Source: Gemmatimonadales bacterium (GTDB lineage Bacteria; Gemmatimonadota; Gemmatimonadetes; Gemmatimonadales; GWC2-71-9). Taken from it: a DNA stretch of 64,000 nucleotides. The translations under genes and the position numbers were made by a program. Every line of letters starts with the position of its first letter. Position 1 is the stretch's first letter. The stretch is taken from the NCBI GenBank assembly GCA_011772755.1, contig WVYX01000293.1:58949-122948 (forward strand), written 5' to 3'. Under the pieces are notes generated by a model. That model saw only the letters and a list, made by a program, of their open reading frames with translations, was not told the origin of the DNA and searched no databases. This document shows, piece after piece, positions 26,299 to 35,496 of this stretch.

Positions 26299-27093
26299 GT
26301 GTGGACGGATTGTGGGAACGTGAGTAACGAGTGCAAACAGGCAGTGGAGCTTCTCTCCGGGGCGCGGCGGGTGGTTGCCTTGACCGGCGCCGGGATGTCG
26401 CAGGAATCTGGCGTCCCTACCTTCCGGGATGCGCAAACGGGTCTGTGGGAGCGCTACGACCCCACTGAGCTGGCCACCGCGGCGGCCTTCCAGCAGAACC
26501 CGGCCCGGGTGTTCGGCTGGTACCTGTGGCGCTGGCGACTGGTTCAAAGGGTCAGCCCCCACGCCGGACACTACGCGCTGGTAGCGCTGGTCAGGGGGTT
26601 CGACGAGCTGGTGGTGGTGACGCAGAACGTGGACGGACTGCATCGACGCGCGGGTAGCCCCGACGTCCTTGAGCTGCACGGCTCCATCGACGCGTTTCGC
26701 TGCTTCGACCAGGGACATCCGTACGACCCCGCCGGCCTGGAATCACTGGAGCTACCTGAGAGCGGTGAGGTCCAGCCTCCCGAGTGCCGGGTGTGCGGCA
26801 GCCCTGTCCGGCCCGGCGTCGTGTGGTACGGGGAATTCCTGCCTCAGGATGCCCTGGAGCGTGCCTGCCGGGTAGTCGCTGAATGCGATGCGCTCCTGGT
26901 CATCGGCACGTCGGCCCTGGTCTATCCCGCCGCCGATCTGCCCAACCTGGGCCTCGCCGGCGGGGCCAGCGTCATCGAGATCAACCCGGAGAGCACCCCC
27001 CTCACGCCCCGGGTTCATCTCTGGTGGCCTGAATCGGCCGGGGCAGCGCTTCCCGCCCTCTCCGCGGCCCTGGGCCAGCCTGTGGCGCCGTAA
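26299..27093 (+). CDS. cobB: NAD-dependent protein deacylase (Sir2/CobB family)
   Basis: ALTGAGMSQESGVPTFRD, TQNVDGLH, CxxC...CxxC zinc ribbon, GTS...YP; start uncertain (GTG 26299 or 26320). Confidence 0.85.
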   Translation: MWTDCGNVSNECKQAVELLSGARRVVALTGAGMSQESGVPTFRDAQTGLWERYDPTELATAAAFQQNPARVFGWYLWRWRLVQRVSPHAGHYALVALVRGFDELVVVTQNVDGLHRRAGSPDVLELHGSIDAFRCFDQGHPYDPAGLESLELPESGEVQPPECRVCGSPVRPGVVWYGEFLPQDALERACRVVAECDALLVIGTSALVYPAADLPNLGLAGGASVIEINPESTPLTPRVHLWWPESAGAALPALSAALGQPVAP

Positions 27094-28524
27094 GTGCCCC
27101 AGGGTCAAGGGTTTCGCCGCACCAAGATCGTCGCGACCCTGGGACCGGCATCGACTAGCGAGCGAGTGCTCACTGACATCATTCGTGCCGGCGTGGACGT
27201 GGTCCGGATCAACAGCTCACACGGCCAGCCCGCCTCCTGGGCGCCGTGGATGGACCAGGTCCGGGAGATCGCGGCTCAGCAGGGCAGGTACGTGGCGATC
27301 CTGGTGGACCTCCAGGGGCCCCGCATCAGGGTCGGGGCACTCCCTGAGCCCCTGGAGCTGCTCAAGGGCGCCTCCGTGGTGTTCGCCCCGGAGGGTGAGG
27401 CGCAGCCCGGGGAGATCCCCACCACCTACGGGGCGCTGGCCCAGGATCTCCAGCCTGACTCCTGCATTCTGCTGGACGACGGCCTCATCGCCGTGGACGT
27501 GACCGGGGTCGCCGAGAATCGGGCCCACGGGGTGGTGCTGCACGGCGGGGTGCTCCGGAGCCACAAGGGGATCAACCTCCCAGGGGTGCAGGTGAGTGCG
27601 CCCGCAGTCACCGAGACCGACCGGCGGAGCCTTGCGGTGGCACTGGAGCACGGGGCGGACATGATCGGCGTGTCCTTCGTCCGCCGGGCCGACGACCTGG
27701 AGGCGGTGCGGGCCCTGGTTCAGTCCCACGTGCAGGTAGTGGCCAAGATCGAGAAGGCCGCCGCCCTCGATGACCTGGAGCGGATCCTGGAGGCCTCGGA
27801 CGCCCTCATGGTCGCCCGGGGGGATCTCGGCGTAGAGCTTCCCTATGAGGAGGTCCCCCTGGCGCAGAAGCGGGTCATAGCCCTGGCCAACCGGCGCGCC
27901 CGACCGGTGATTACGGCCACCCAGATGCTCGAGTCCATGGTGCACAAGCCACGGCCGACCCGCGCGGAGGCTTCCGACGTTGCCAATGCCATCCTGGATG
28001 GCACCGATGCCGTGATGCTCTCGGCTGAGACCGCCGTGGGCGAGTATCCGGTGGAGGCGGTGCAGGCCATGGCCCGGATCATCAGCGAGATGGAACGGTC
28101 GGTATCCATTGAACGGCAGCCCCAGCGCCGCCGATCGGACGCGCAGGCGGCGCTGGGCACCCCGACGGTGGCTGACGCCATCGCATTTGCCACCAGCGTG
28201 GCGGCCGAGCTGCTGGCGGTGCCGGTCATCGTGTGCTTCACCAAGAGTGGGTTCACTGCCCGGCGGATCGCTGCGCACCGGCCGGCAGTTCCCATCGTGG
28301 GACTCTCCACCGAGGTCGCGACCTGCCGCTACCTGTCTCTGGTGTGGGGCACCATACCGCTTCTGGCCGAGCGCGCTCCAACGTATGAGGCGATGCTGGG
28401 CAAGGCGCGGGAGCTACTGGCGGCCGAGGGGCTGGTTGAGCCCGGCGATCGGATCGTGGTCACTGCCGGCGTGCCGTTCGATGTTCCTGGCACCACCAAC
28501 CTGCTCAAGGTCGAGACGATCTAG
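27094..28524 (+). CDS. pyk: Pyruvate kinase
   Basis: RRTKIVATLGPAS, NSSHG, MVARGDLGVE, TQMLESM motifs; GTG start abuts the cobB stop. Confidence 0.92.
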   Translation: MPQGQGFRRTKIVATLGPASTSERVLTDIIRAGVDVVRINSSHGQPASWAPWMDQVREIAAQQGRYVAILVDLQGPRIRVGALPEPLELLKGASVVFAPEGEAQPGEIPTTYGALAQDLQPDSCILLDDGLIAVDVTGVAENRAHGVVLHGGVLRSHKGINLPGVQVSAPAVTETDRRSLAVALEHGADMIGVSFVRRADDLEAVRALVQSHVQVVAKIEKAAALDDLERILEASDALMVARGDLGVELPYEEVPLAQKRVIALANRRARPVITATQMLESMVHKPRPTRAEASDVANAILDGTDAVMLSAETAVGEYPVEAVQAMARIISEMERSVSIERQPQRRRSDAQAALGTPTVADAIAFATSVAAELLAVPVIVCFTKSGFTARRIAAHRPAVPIVGLSTEVATCRYLSLVWGTIPLLAERAPTYEAMLGKARELLAAEGLVEPGDRIVVTAGVPFDVPGTTNLLKVETI

Positions 28525-28527
28525 CGT

Positions 28528-28703
28528 GGGCGGACCGGCGGGTCGGCGGGTCGGCGGACCGGCGGATCGGCGGTCCGGAGGTCTCGGCGGACTCCGTGGC
28601 CTTGAGGTGTGAGGTTCGAGGTTCGAGGTGCGAGGTGATGGAGGGGAGCACCGTTGCCTCCCTGCGGCCCTCGAACCTCAAACCCCGGACCTCGTACCTC
28701 GTA
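28528..28703. repeat. Octamer array (GGCGGNYC x ~8, 28528-28595) followed by a heptamer-unit inverted repeat (NNGAGGT x5; 28602-28637 / 28668-28703)
   Basis: Read directly; starts 4 nt after the pyk stop. Confidence 0.85.
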
Positions 28704-28795
28704 CTTAGCGTCGTGACCGCCGCTACGTACGCGCCTTTCGGGACCCGCCGATGCGTGCCGAGCAGGCAACGAACTTCTGACTCAGTGGACTAGCG

Positions 28796-29569
28796 ATGCG
28801 CCTCATCATTCTTGGTTCAGGAACGTCATTTGGCGTGCCCGTCATCGGGTGCCGCTGCCGGGTCTGCACCTCGGACGATCCCCGCGACCGGCGCACGCGA
28901 ACGGCAGCCGTGGTGGAAGCCGAAGATGGAAGCCGGCTGCTGATTGACACCCCGCCCGAGCTGCGCCTCCAGCTAGTTCAAGCTGGGGTCGGTACGGTGG
29001 ACGCCGTGCTGTACACCCACGAGCACGCCGACCACATCCACGGCATCGACGATCTTCGGGCGGTGTCGGTGAGACATGGGCAGCTCCCGGTTTATGGTCC
29101 GCCGGAGACGATTGACCTGCTGCTCGATCGGTTCGGCTACATCTTCGATGCCAGCGTGGCGCCGCCGCCTGGCAGTTGCCTCCCGGAGCTCACGCCGATT
29201 CCGCTGGAGCCGTACCGCGAGATCACCGTGGCCGGGATGCCGGTGCTGCCGCTCGAGTTCGACCACGGTGGTCCCCGGGTGTTCGGCTACCGGATTGGCG
29301 CCCTCGCCTATCTCACCGATGTAAAGGCCGCAGCGGAAGCGGCGCTGCGGGAGTTAGGCGGCGTAAAGGTCCTCGTGGTCAATGCATTGTTCGAGCAACC
29401 GCACCCCACCCACCTGTCCATCCCAGAGGCGGTTGAGCTGTCGCATACCGTCAGTGCCGAGCGCACGTACCTGACCCATCTCACCCACCGGTACTCCCAC
29501 GCCGACCTCGAGGCGCGGCTTCCTGCAGGCGTGTCGCCGGCGTATGACGGCTTGGCCGTGTCGTTTTGA
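28796..29569 (+). CDS. MBL-fold metallo-hydrolase (PhnP/GPD-like)
   Basis: THEHADHIHG metal motif; 257 aa. Confidence 0.8.
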   Translation: MRLIILGSGTSFGVPVIGCRCRVCTSDDPRDRRTRTAAVVEAEDGSRLLIDTPPELRLQLVQAGVGTVDAVLYTHEHADHIHGIDDLRAVSVRHGQLPVYGPPETIDLLLDRFGYIFDASVAPPPGSCLPELTPIPLEPYREITVAGMPVLPLEFDHGGPRVFGYRIGALAYLTDVKAAAEAALRELGGVKVLVVNALFEQPHPTHLSIPEAVELSHTVSAERTYLTHLTHRYSHADLEARLPAGVSPAYDGLAVSF

Positions 29570-29618
29570 CGGGCTCTCAGTGGGGTGGTAATTTCAAGAT
29601 CGAGAGGAAGGAGATCCT

Positions 29619-30044
29619 ATGCCCCACGTGCGGGATGACAGACCGGTTGTCATCGTAGAGAAGTCCAGCGGAGGCCTTGGAGGGTTTCTGCTTGGGCTCA
29701 TCGTCGGCGCCGGAGCAGCGCTGTTGCTGGCTCCCCAGAGCGGGGAGGAAACCCGGGAAGTGCTGCGCACGCGAGGCCGGCGCTTGCGGGCGGATATCGG
29801 GGCCAAGGCGGGCGAGTTGCAGGACCGTGTCGAGCATGGCTTCGAGAAGGCCAAAGAACGCGTCGAGGAGGAGTTCGAGTCGGCTCGGCAGACCCTCAAG
29901 GACAAGCGAGCCGGGGCCCAGGATGCGCTGGAAGCCGGCAAGTCAGCCGTTCATTCGGCCCGGGACGAGTTGGAACGGAAGCTGGCAGAGTCTCGGTCGG
30001 CCCGAAGTAAGGCCCGCCCCTCGGACGACGAGACGAACGCCTAG
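29619..30044 (+). CDS. YtxH domain protein
   Basis: GGFLLGLIVGAGAALLLAPQSGEETRE motif followed by a charged coiled region. Confidence 0.8.
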   Translation: MPHVRDDRPVVIVEKSSGGLGGFLLGLIVGAGAALLLAPQSGEETREVLRTRGRRLRADIGAKAGELQDRVEHGFEKAKERVEEEFESARQTLKDKRAGAQDALEAGKSAVHSARDELERKLAESRSARSKARPSDDETNA

Positions 30045-30064
30045 CGGCACCGATCATCACCGCC

Positions 30065-30925
30065 GTGCGTAGCCCGCCGCCTCGGGGGTGGGCGTTCTCG
30101 CCCTTCGGCTTCGTGCGCCGCGTGTTCATCGGCGCATATGAAGACAACATCTTCTTTCTCGGCAGTGCGCTGGCGTTCAACGCGCTGCTTGCGGTCGTTC
30201 CCTTCATCCTGCTTGCCCTCGCCGCCCTCGGCTACTTTGTGCACTCCGGTGAGGACGCCATGGCCGACGTCCTCAACTTGCTCGATCGCTTGCTTCCCAT
30301 TGCTGAGGAAAGTGACGATGGGCCTCTGCGGCGAGCCGAGGGGCTGATCACCGGCGTCGTGGAGAGCCGGGCCCAGCTGTCCATTTTCGGTCTGCCACTG
30401 TTCTTCTGGTTCGCGATTCGGTTCTTCAGCGGCGCCCGGGCGGCCCTCAACGAGGTGTTCGATACGCCGGAGTCGCGTCCCTACTTGGTCGGGAAGGCCA
30501 TCGACCTGTTCCAGGTGATCGTGACCCTGGTGCTGATCGTGGCCAACGCCTTCCTCACGTTGCTGGTGGCGGACTACCCCTTCTTTGGACGGTTCGCGGT
30601 GGGGATGTCGACCTTCAGCATCGGGGTGTTCCTGTTCTTCATCGTGTACAGTATCGCCCCCGCCAGGAAGATGCGATGGGACACCGCCGTGGTGGCGGCG
30701 GCCGTGGCCTCCCTCGGGTTCGAGGTCGTAAAGAAGCTGTACAGCCTCTACCTGGCAGAGTTCGCCACGATTGACCGGCTCGTTTCCAATGCCAACGCCA
30801 TCGCGCTGCTGCTGTTCGTGGTGTGGATGTATCTGATTGCGTGCGTGTTTCTCCTGGGTGGCGAGGTGGCCGAGACATACGACCTGGCCCGGCGGCAGCG
30901 CGAGCAGCGGGCGATACTGGGGTGA
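30065..30925 (+). CDS. YihY/BrkB family membrane protein
   Basis: FFLGSALAFNALLAVVPFILL and a multi-TM profile typical of YihY/BrkB. Confidence 0.8.
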   Translation: MRSPPPRGWAFSPFGFVRRVFIGAYEDNIFFLGSALAFNALLAVVPFILLALAALGYFVHSGEDAMADVLNLLDRLLPIAEESDDGPLRRAEGLITGVVESRAQLSIFGLPLFFWFAIRFFSGARAALNEVFDTPESRPYLVGKAIDLFQVIVTLVLIVANAFLTLLVADYPFFGRFAVGMSTFSIGVFLFFIVYSIAPARKMRWDTAVVAAAVASLGFEVVKKLYSLYLAEFATIDRLVSNANAIALLLFVVWMYLIACVFLLGGEVAETYDLARRQREQRAILG

Positions 30926-30926
30926 C

Positions 30927-31009
30927 GGGCGGTCCGGCGGTTCGGCGGTCCGGCGGTCGGAAGCACGCCGTCCAGTGCGACCGCCTGTCCGCCTGTCCGT
31001 CCGTCCGCC
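30927..31009. repeat. GGCGGTYC octamer arm (30927-60) with an imperfect complementary arm (30979-31009)
   Basis: Same octamer family as 28528-28595; starts 2 nt after the stop, ends 11 nt before the next start. Confidence 0.8.
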
Positions 31010-31019
31010 AGGGGTGGTG

Positions 31020-32060
31020 ATGCGCGGCGGCGGCATCATCGATCTCCGGAGTGACACCGTCACGCAGCCGTCTGCCGCAATGCGTAGGGCGATGATGGGG
31101 GCGGAGGTGGGCGACGACGTGCTCGACGGTGATCCCACCACACATCGGCTGGAACAGCGGATCGCCGATCTCCTGGGTATGGAGGCGGCACTGTTCTTTC
31201 CCTCTGGGATTCAGGCCAACCAGTGCGCCATCTGGCTGCATGCGGAGCGCGGAACGGAGGTGATCCTCGAGGCCAATGCGCACCTGGTGGACTACGAGAT
31301 GGCAGGCGCAGCGGCGCTCTCGGGTGCGCAGATTCGGCCTGTGCCCACGCCGGACGGCGTGCTCACGGCCGAGTTGGCTCGGGCAGCGTGGCGCCCGGAC
31401 TCCCCCTACATGCCCCGGGTGAGCGCCGTGGCAGCGGAAAACACCCACAACGCCGCCGGTGGCAAGGTGATGCCCCTGGGCGTATGGGATGGACTGGTCG
31501 CCCTCGCAGCGGAACGTGGTGTTCCGCTCCATCTGGATGGCGCTCGTCTGTGGCATGCGGCCGTTGCCCTCGGCGTCCCTGCCGCTAGGGTCGCCCAAGG
31601 CGCGACCACGGTGATGGTCTCCCTGTCCAAGGGGCTCGGCTGCCCGGTGGGGAGCTGCCTGGCGGGAGGGCGGGAACTGATGAGTCGGGCGGTGGAAGTG
31701 CGAAGACGGCTGGGAGGTGGCATGCGGCAGTCCGGCATCCTGGCTGCCGCTGGGCTGTACTCGCTGGAGAACAACCTGGAGCGGATCGCGGAGGACCACG
31801 CCAACGCCGCCCTGCTCACCGAGCGGCTCGATGGACATCCGGCGGTGAGACCGCTGCGGCCGGAGACGAACATCGTCATGCTGGATCTGCTACGTCCGGA
31901 GGACACCTGCGACGCGGCGCTTCCCCGGCTCGCCGAGGCCGGTGTGCTGCTCGTGCGGTTCGGTGCGAAGCGCTTGCGAGCCGTGACCCATTTGGATCTC
32001 TCCCGCGATGACGTGGTCCACGCTGCAGATGTCATCGGCCGGGTCATGGGGGGGGAGTAG
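31020..32060 (+). CDS. ltaE: Low-specificity L-threonine aldolase
   Basis: Trimmed to ATG 31020; IDLRSDTVTQPSAAMRRAM...GDDV..DP and SLSKGLG (PLP lysine). Confidence 0.85.
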   Translation: MRGGGIIDLRSDTVTQPSAAMRRAMMGAEVGDDVLDGDPTTHRLEQRIADLLGMEAALFFPSGIQANQCAIWLHAERGTEVILEANAHLVDYEMAGAAALSGAQIRPVPTPDGVLTAELARAAWRPDSPYMPRVSAVAAENTHNAAGGKVMPLGVWDGLVALAAERGVPLHLDGARLWHAAVALGVPAARVAQGATTVMVSLSKGLGCPVGSCLAGGRELMSRAVEVRRRLGGGMRQSGILAAAGLYSLENNLERIAEDHANAALLTERLDGHPAVRPLRPETNIVMLDLLRPEDTCDAALPRLAEAGVLLVRFGAKRLRAVTHLDLSRDDVVHAADVIGRVMGGE

Positions 32061-32357
32061 TGGGGGTAACCGAGCAGTGTCCGGCCCTGAAGCGGCGGCT
32101 CGGCCGCGTTGCGGTGGGCGCGTGCTGAAGCACTTTGTCCCAGGGAGGCGCCGCTTACCGCGCATCGGCGCATCGGACCCCGGAGCCGCCTTGGATCGCG
32201 AGGTCACCTTTGACACGCCGGTGTGAGCCTGCCATCGTCAGACGGATCACAGGGGCCTCAGAGTCTGGGGGCGTCATGCTCCGTTGCGTTTATGCAGAGG
32301 GCTGATTGATGCATCAGCTGTCGAAACAACCATTCTCGGATCGGGGCTAGCTTCGAT

Positions 32358-33704
32358 ATGCACATTGTCGTGGTGGGCGCTGGCGAGGTTGGCTATTACG
32401 TCGCCGAACGCCTCTCGAACGAGCAACATGACGTGGTGGTTGTCGACGTGGAGGCCCACCGCCTGGAATACGTCGCCGCCCACCTCGACGTTGCGGTCGT
32501 CGAGGGGAGCGGGACCAGTGCGGCGGTGCTGGAACGGGCAGGAATCCAGCGAGCGGGGCTCTTGCTCGCGGTGACCAACGTGGACGAGGTCAACCTCGTC
32601 TGCTGCATGAGCGCTCGGGGAACGATGGGGATGGTCCGGGTGGCCCGCGTATCCAATCCCGATTTCTACGGCGACGCCCGGAATCTCAAGCCCGACCTGT
32701 TCGGGGTGGACGTGCTGATCAACCCGGAGCGCGAGCTCGCGCTCGAGACGGTGCGTCTGCTCCAGTCCACCGCGGCCACCGACATCGCCGTTTTCGCCGG
32801 GGGAGCCGTGCAGCTGTTGGGCTTCACTGTGCCCGAGCAGGCTCCCGTCGCCGGCCGGCGCCTGGCCGACATCGCCGCCGAGGAAGGTGATCGTGCTCTT
32901 CTGGCCGTCGCACTGGAGCGCGATGGCCGGACCATCGTTCCCAGTGGCGCCACGGAGATTCGACCGCAGGATCACGTCTACCTCGCTGCCAAGGCCGAGG
33001 AGATCCCCCGGGCCCTCGAGCTGCTGGGGTACGAGCCGTCGTCGGTAAAGCGGGTCATGATCACGGGTGGGAGTACCGAGGCATTCTACCTCGCCGAATT
33101 CCTGCCGCAGCACGGTGTGCAGACCACCCTCCTCATCGCCGACCGTGCCCGGGCGCAGGAGCTGGCGGAGAGGTTAGACCGAGTCCTGATCCTCCACGGT
33201 GACGCCACCGACGTCGAGTTGCTCGAGCTGGAGGGTGTCGGTGGAGTGGATGGCTTCGTTGCCCTGTCAGAAGAGGACGACACCAACATCCTCGCCTCCT
33301 TGGTGGCCAAGCAGGCTGGAGCGAGGCAGGTCATCACGCTGGTGAACAAGAAGGACTACATCCCCCTGGCCCGCCGCATCGGCCTGGACGCGGCAGTCAG
33401 CCCACGGCTCTCCGCGGCGAATGCGATCCTCAGCTACGTGCGCCGTGGGAGCGTGACCCGGGTGGCCACCTTCAAGGGGTGCGACGCGGAAGCGATTGCG
33501 TTTGAGGTGTCGGCGGAGTCGCCCCTGGTGGGCCGCCGCCTCGCGGACGTGGGATTCCCCGACGGCGCCATCGTGGCGGCGATCATTCGGGGCACGGAGG
33601 TCACCGTACCCCGGGGCAAAGACGGGCTCCAACCCGGCGACACGGCCATCGTGTTCGCCCTCCCGGATGCGGTGGCAACCGTCAGCGCGCTCTTTCCTTC
33701 GTGA
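32358..33704 (+). CDS. trkA: Trk potassium uptake protein TrkA (two RCK modules)
   Basis: MHIVVVGAGEVG Rossmann motif twice; 448 aa; overlaps the trkH start. Confidence 0.9.
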   Translation: MHIVVVGAGEVGYYVAERLSNEQHDVVVVDVEAHRLEYVAAHLDVAVVEGSGTSAAVLERAGIQRAGLLLAVTNVDEVNLVCCMSARGTMGMVRVARVSNPDFYGDARNLKPDLFGVDVLINPERELALETVRLLQSTAATDIAVFAGGAVQLLGFTVPEQAPVAGRRLADIAAEEGDRALLAVALERDGRTIVPSGATEIRPQDHVYLAAKAEEIPRALELLGYEPSSVKRVMITGGSTEAFYLAEFLPQHGVQTTLLIADRARAQELAERLDRVLILHGDATDVELLELEGVGGVDGFVALSEEDDTNILASLVAKQAGARQVITLVNKKDYIPLARRIGLDAAVSPRLSAANAILSYVRRGSVTRVATFKGCDAEAIAFEVSAESPLVGRRLADVGFPDGAIVAAIIRGTEVTVPRGKDGLQPGDTAIVFALPDAVATVSALFPS

Positions 33705-35149
33705 ACATTCTCGAAGTCCTGCACATCGTCGGCGCGCTACTCATCTGGATAGCCGGCGCCATGCTGCTGCCCACACTCCTGGGGATCTCGGACGGTCTGA
33801 TCGTCCCGTGGGTCGGAGCCACGTTGGTCACCGCGGCAGTCGGTGGAGTGCTCTGGGCCGCCACGCCGAGGCGCATCTCGATCAATCCCCGGGAAGGATT
33901 GGCGGTGGTGGGCCTCGGCTGGATCGCGGTGGTTCTCGCCGGCAGTCTCCCCTTCATCTTCACCGGGGTCGCCCCCACGCCGGCGGGAGGACTGTTCGAG
34001 TCGGTGTCGGGGTTCACCACCACGGGAGCAACGGTGTTCGCCGCCATGGAGGAGCTGCCCCGGAGTATCCTCCTGTGGCGCAGCATCACCCATTGGCTCG
34101 GAGGAATGGGAATCATCGTGCTGGGCGTGGCGATCCTCCCGTTGTTGGGCATGGGTGGCGCCCAGCTGTTCCGGGCTGAAGCACCGGGGATTCCCTCAGA
34201 CCGACTGCGACCGCGCATTGCGTCTACGGCTCGCCTGCTGTGGGGGGTATACGCCCTCTTTACCGCCGTGCTGATGGGTATCTACCTGCTGCTGGGCATG
34301 TCGTTGTTCGACGCCGTGAACCATGCCATGAGTTGCCTCGCCACCGGCGGCTTTTCCACCCGCACCGGGTCGCTGGGTGCGTTCTCCGGCTCCATCCAGT
34401 GGGTGACGGTGCTGTTCATGTTGGTGGCCGGCACGAACTTCACGCTCCACTATCGGTTCCTCACCGGCAAGTGGAACGTGCACTGGCGTGACCATGAGTG
34501 GCGCTGGTTTGCCGGAATGGCTCTCGGCTGTGCCGTGGCGGCGTGGCTGGTGCTGGGATCCACTGGAGGCGACTGGGGAGCATCGGTGGTGCGGCGCGCC
34601 GTGTTCAACGTCACCGCCATCATCACGACCACGGGTTTCGCCACCGCGGACTTTGCCGTGTGGCCGGCATTCTGCCAGGTCGTCCTGCTCGGCCTCATGT
34701 TCATGGGGGCAATGGGCGGGTCGACCGGTGGTGGGTTCAAAGTGGTGCGGGCGGCCGTAGTGCTGAAGCACGTGGCGGGTGAACTCCGGAAAGTACTGCA
34801 CCCGAAAGCCATCGTAGTGACGAAGCTGGGCGGACGGGCGATTCGCTCCGACGTGCTCCTCAATGTGCTGGCGTATCTCGCCCTGTATATGGTCACTCAC
34901 GGAATAGGCACGGTTCTCATTGCCGCCCTTGGTAATGACCTGGTCACCTCGATGAGCGCGGCCCTGGCCGCGATGTCGAGCATCGGTCCGGGACTGGGTG
35001 CAGTCGGTCCCGCAGCCAACTACGGGGAGCTCGGCCCGGCGGCCCACCTAGTGCTGGCGGTGCTCATGCTCCTCGGGCGACTGGAGTTCTACACCCTGTT
35101 GGTTCTCGTCATTCCCGGCACGTGGGCACGGTGGGGGGGGAATCGGTAA
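33701..35149 (+). CDS. trkH: TrkH family potassium uptake protein
   Basis: 482 aa polytopic; SGFTTTGATV and TTTGFAT selectivity-filter-like motifs. Confidence 0.9.
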   Translation: MNILEVLHIVGALLIWIAGAMLLPTLLGISDGLIVPWVGATLVTAAVGGVLWAATPRRISINPREGLAVVGLGWIAVVLAGSLPFIFTGVAPTPAGGLFESVSGFTTTGATVFAAMEELPRSILLWRSITHWLGGMGIIVLGVAILPLLGMGGAQLFRAEAPGIPSDRLRPRIASTARLLWGVYALFTAVLMGIYLLLGMSLFDAVNHAMSCLATGGFSTRTGSLGAFSGSIQWVTVLFMLVAGTNFTLHYRFLTGKWNVHWRDHEWRWFAGMALGCAVAAWLVLGSTGGDWGASVVRRAVFNVTAIITTTGFATADFAVWPAFCQVVLLGLMFMGAMGGSTGGGFKVVRAAVVLKHVAGELRKVLHPKAIVVTKLGGRAIRSDVLLNVLAYLALYMVTHGIGTVLIAALGNDLVTSMSAALAAMSSIGPGLGAVGPAANYGELGPAAHLVLAVLMLLGRLEFYTLLVLVIPGTWARWGGNR

Positions 35150-35175
35150 CCCCGGTGCCGCCGCCCCGGATCCCG

Positions 35176-35254
35176 TCTGTGGTTGTGTGGTTGGTGGTCG
35201 CGTCCGCCCATTGGAGACCACCGCCAGACGATGGCCCAACCACTCACCACAGAC
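35176..35254 (+). terminator. Long imperfect repeat-built hairpin after trkH
   Basis: GTCTGTGGTTGTGTGGTTGGTGGTC ... CCAACCACTCACCACAGAC; shares the 16-nt core TGTGGTGAGTGGTTGG with 54094-54222. Confidence 0.5.
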
Positions 35255-35273
35255 CACGAACCCGAACCCGCTC

Positions 35274-35310
35274 TTGCCGTCATGCCGTCATGCCGTGTTG
35301 CCGTGATGCA
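35274..35310. repeat. TGCCGTSW octamer tandem array (x4-5)
   Basis: TTGCCGTCA TGCCGTCA TGCCGTGT TGCCGTGA TGC; same family as 52746-52844. Confidence 0.8.
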
Positions 35311-35383
35311 GTGCAGGGGTGCGGAGCGCTGAGGCGTCCCCGTGGGGTGGCAAACAGCAGGGCGAAGAGAGTAGCTTACAGTT

Positions 35384-35480
35384 GCCCCAGGTCCGGGGGG
35401 CGCGTGCGCGCGAACCGCGTCAGGACCGTGAAGGTAGCAGCGCTAAGCGATGACACGCGTCGCTTCGGGTAGCCTGGGGC
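35384..35480 (+). ncRNA. ffs: Small (4.5S-type) signal recognition particle RNA
   Basis: GTCAGGACCGTGAAGGTAGCAGCGCTAAGCGATGAC matches conserved domain IV of E. coli 4.5S (GUCAGGUCCGGAAGGAAGCAGCCAAGGCAGAUGAC, from memory); terminal stem GCCCCAGG/CCTGGGGC then GATTTT; sits just upstream of dnaX as in the B. subtilis scr-dnaX-yaaK-recR arrangement; ends approximate. Confidence 0.8.
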
Positions 35481-35496
35481 GATTTTCGAGTCTCCT

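Noticed and set aside
28528-28703. CRISPR array hypothesis for the tandem repeats here and at the other repeat loci
   Set aside because: The units are 7-8 nt and contiguous, without 25-40-nt repeats separated by unique spacers. No cas genes are present in the window.
32061-32357. Possible c-di-AMP (ydaO-type) or other riboswitch in the 297-nt region upstream of trkA, including a 10-nt palindrome TGATGCATCA (~32308-32317)
   Set aside because: I could not find the conserved ydaO core elements by eye. The palindrome alone is weak evidence. cmsearch against Rfam would be needed to revisit this.
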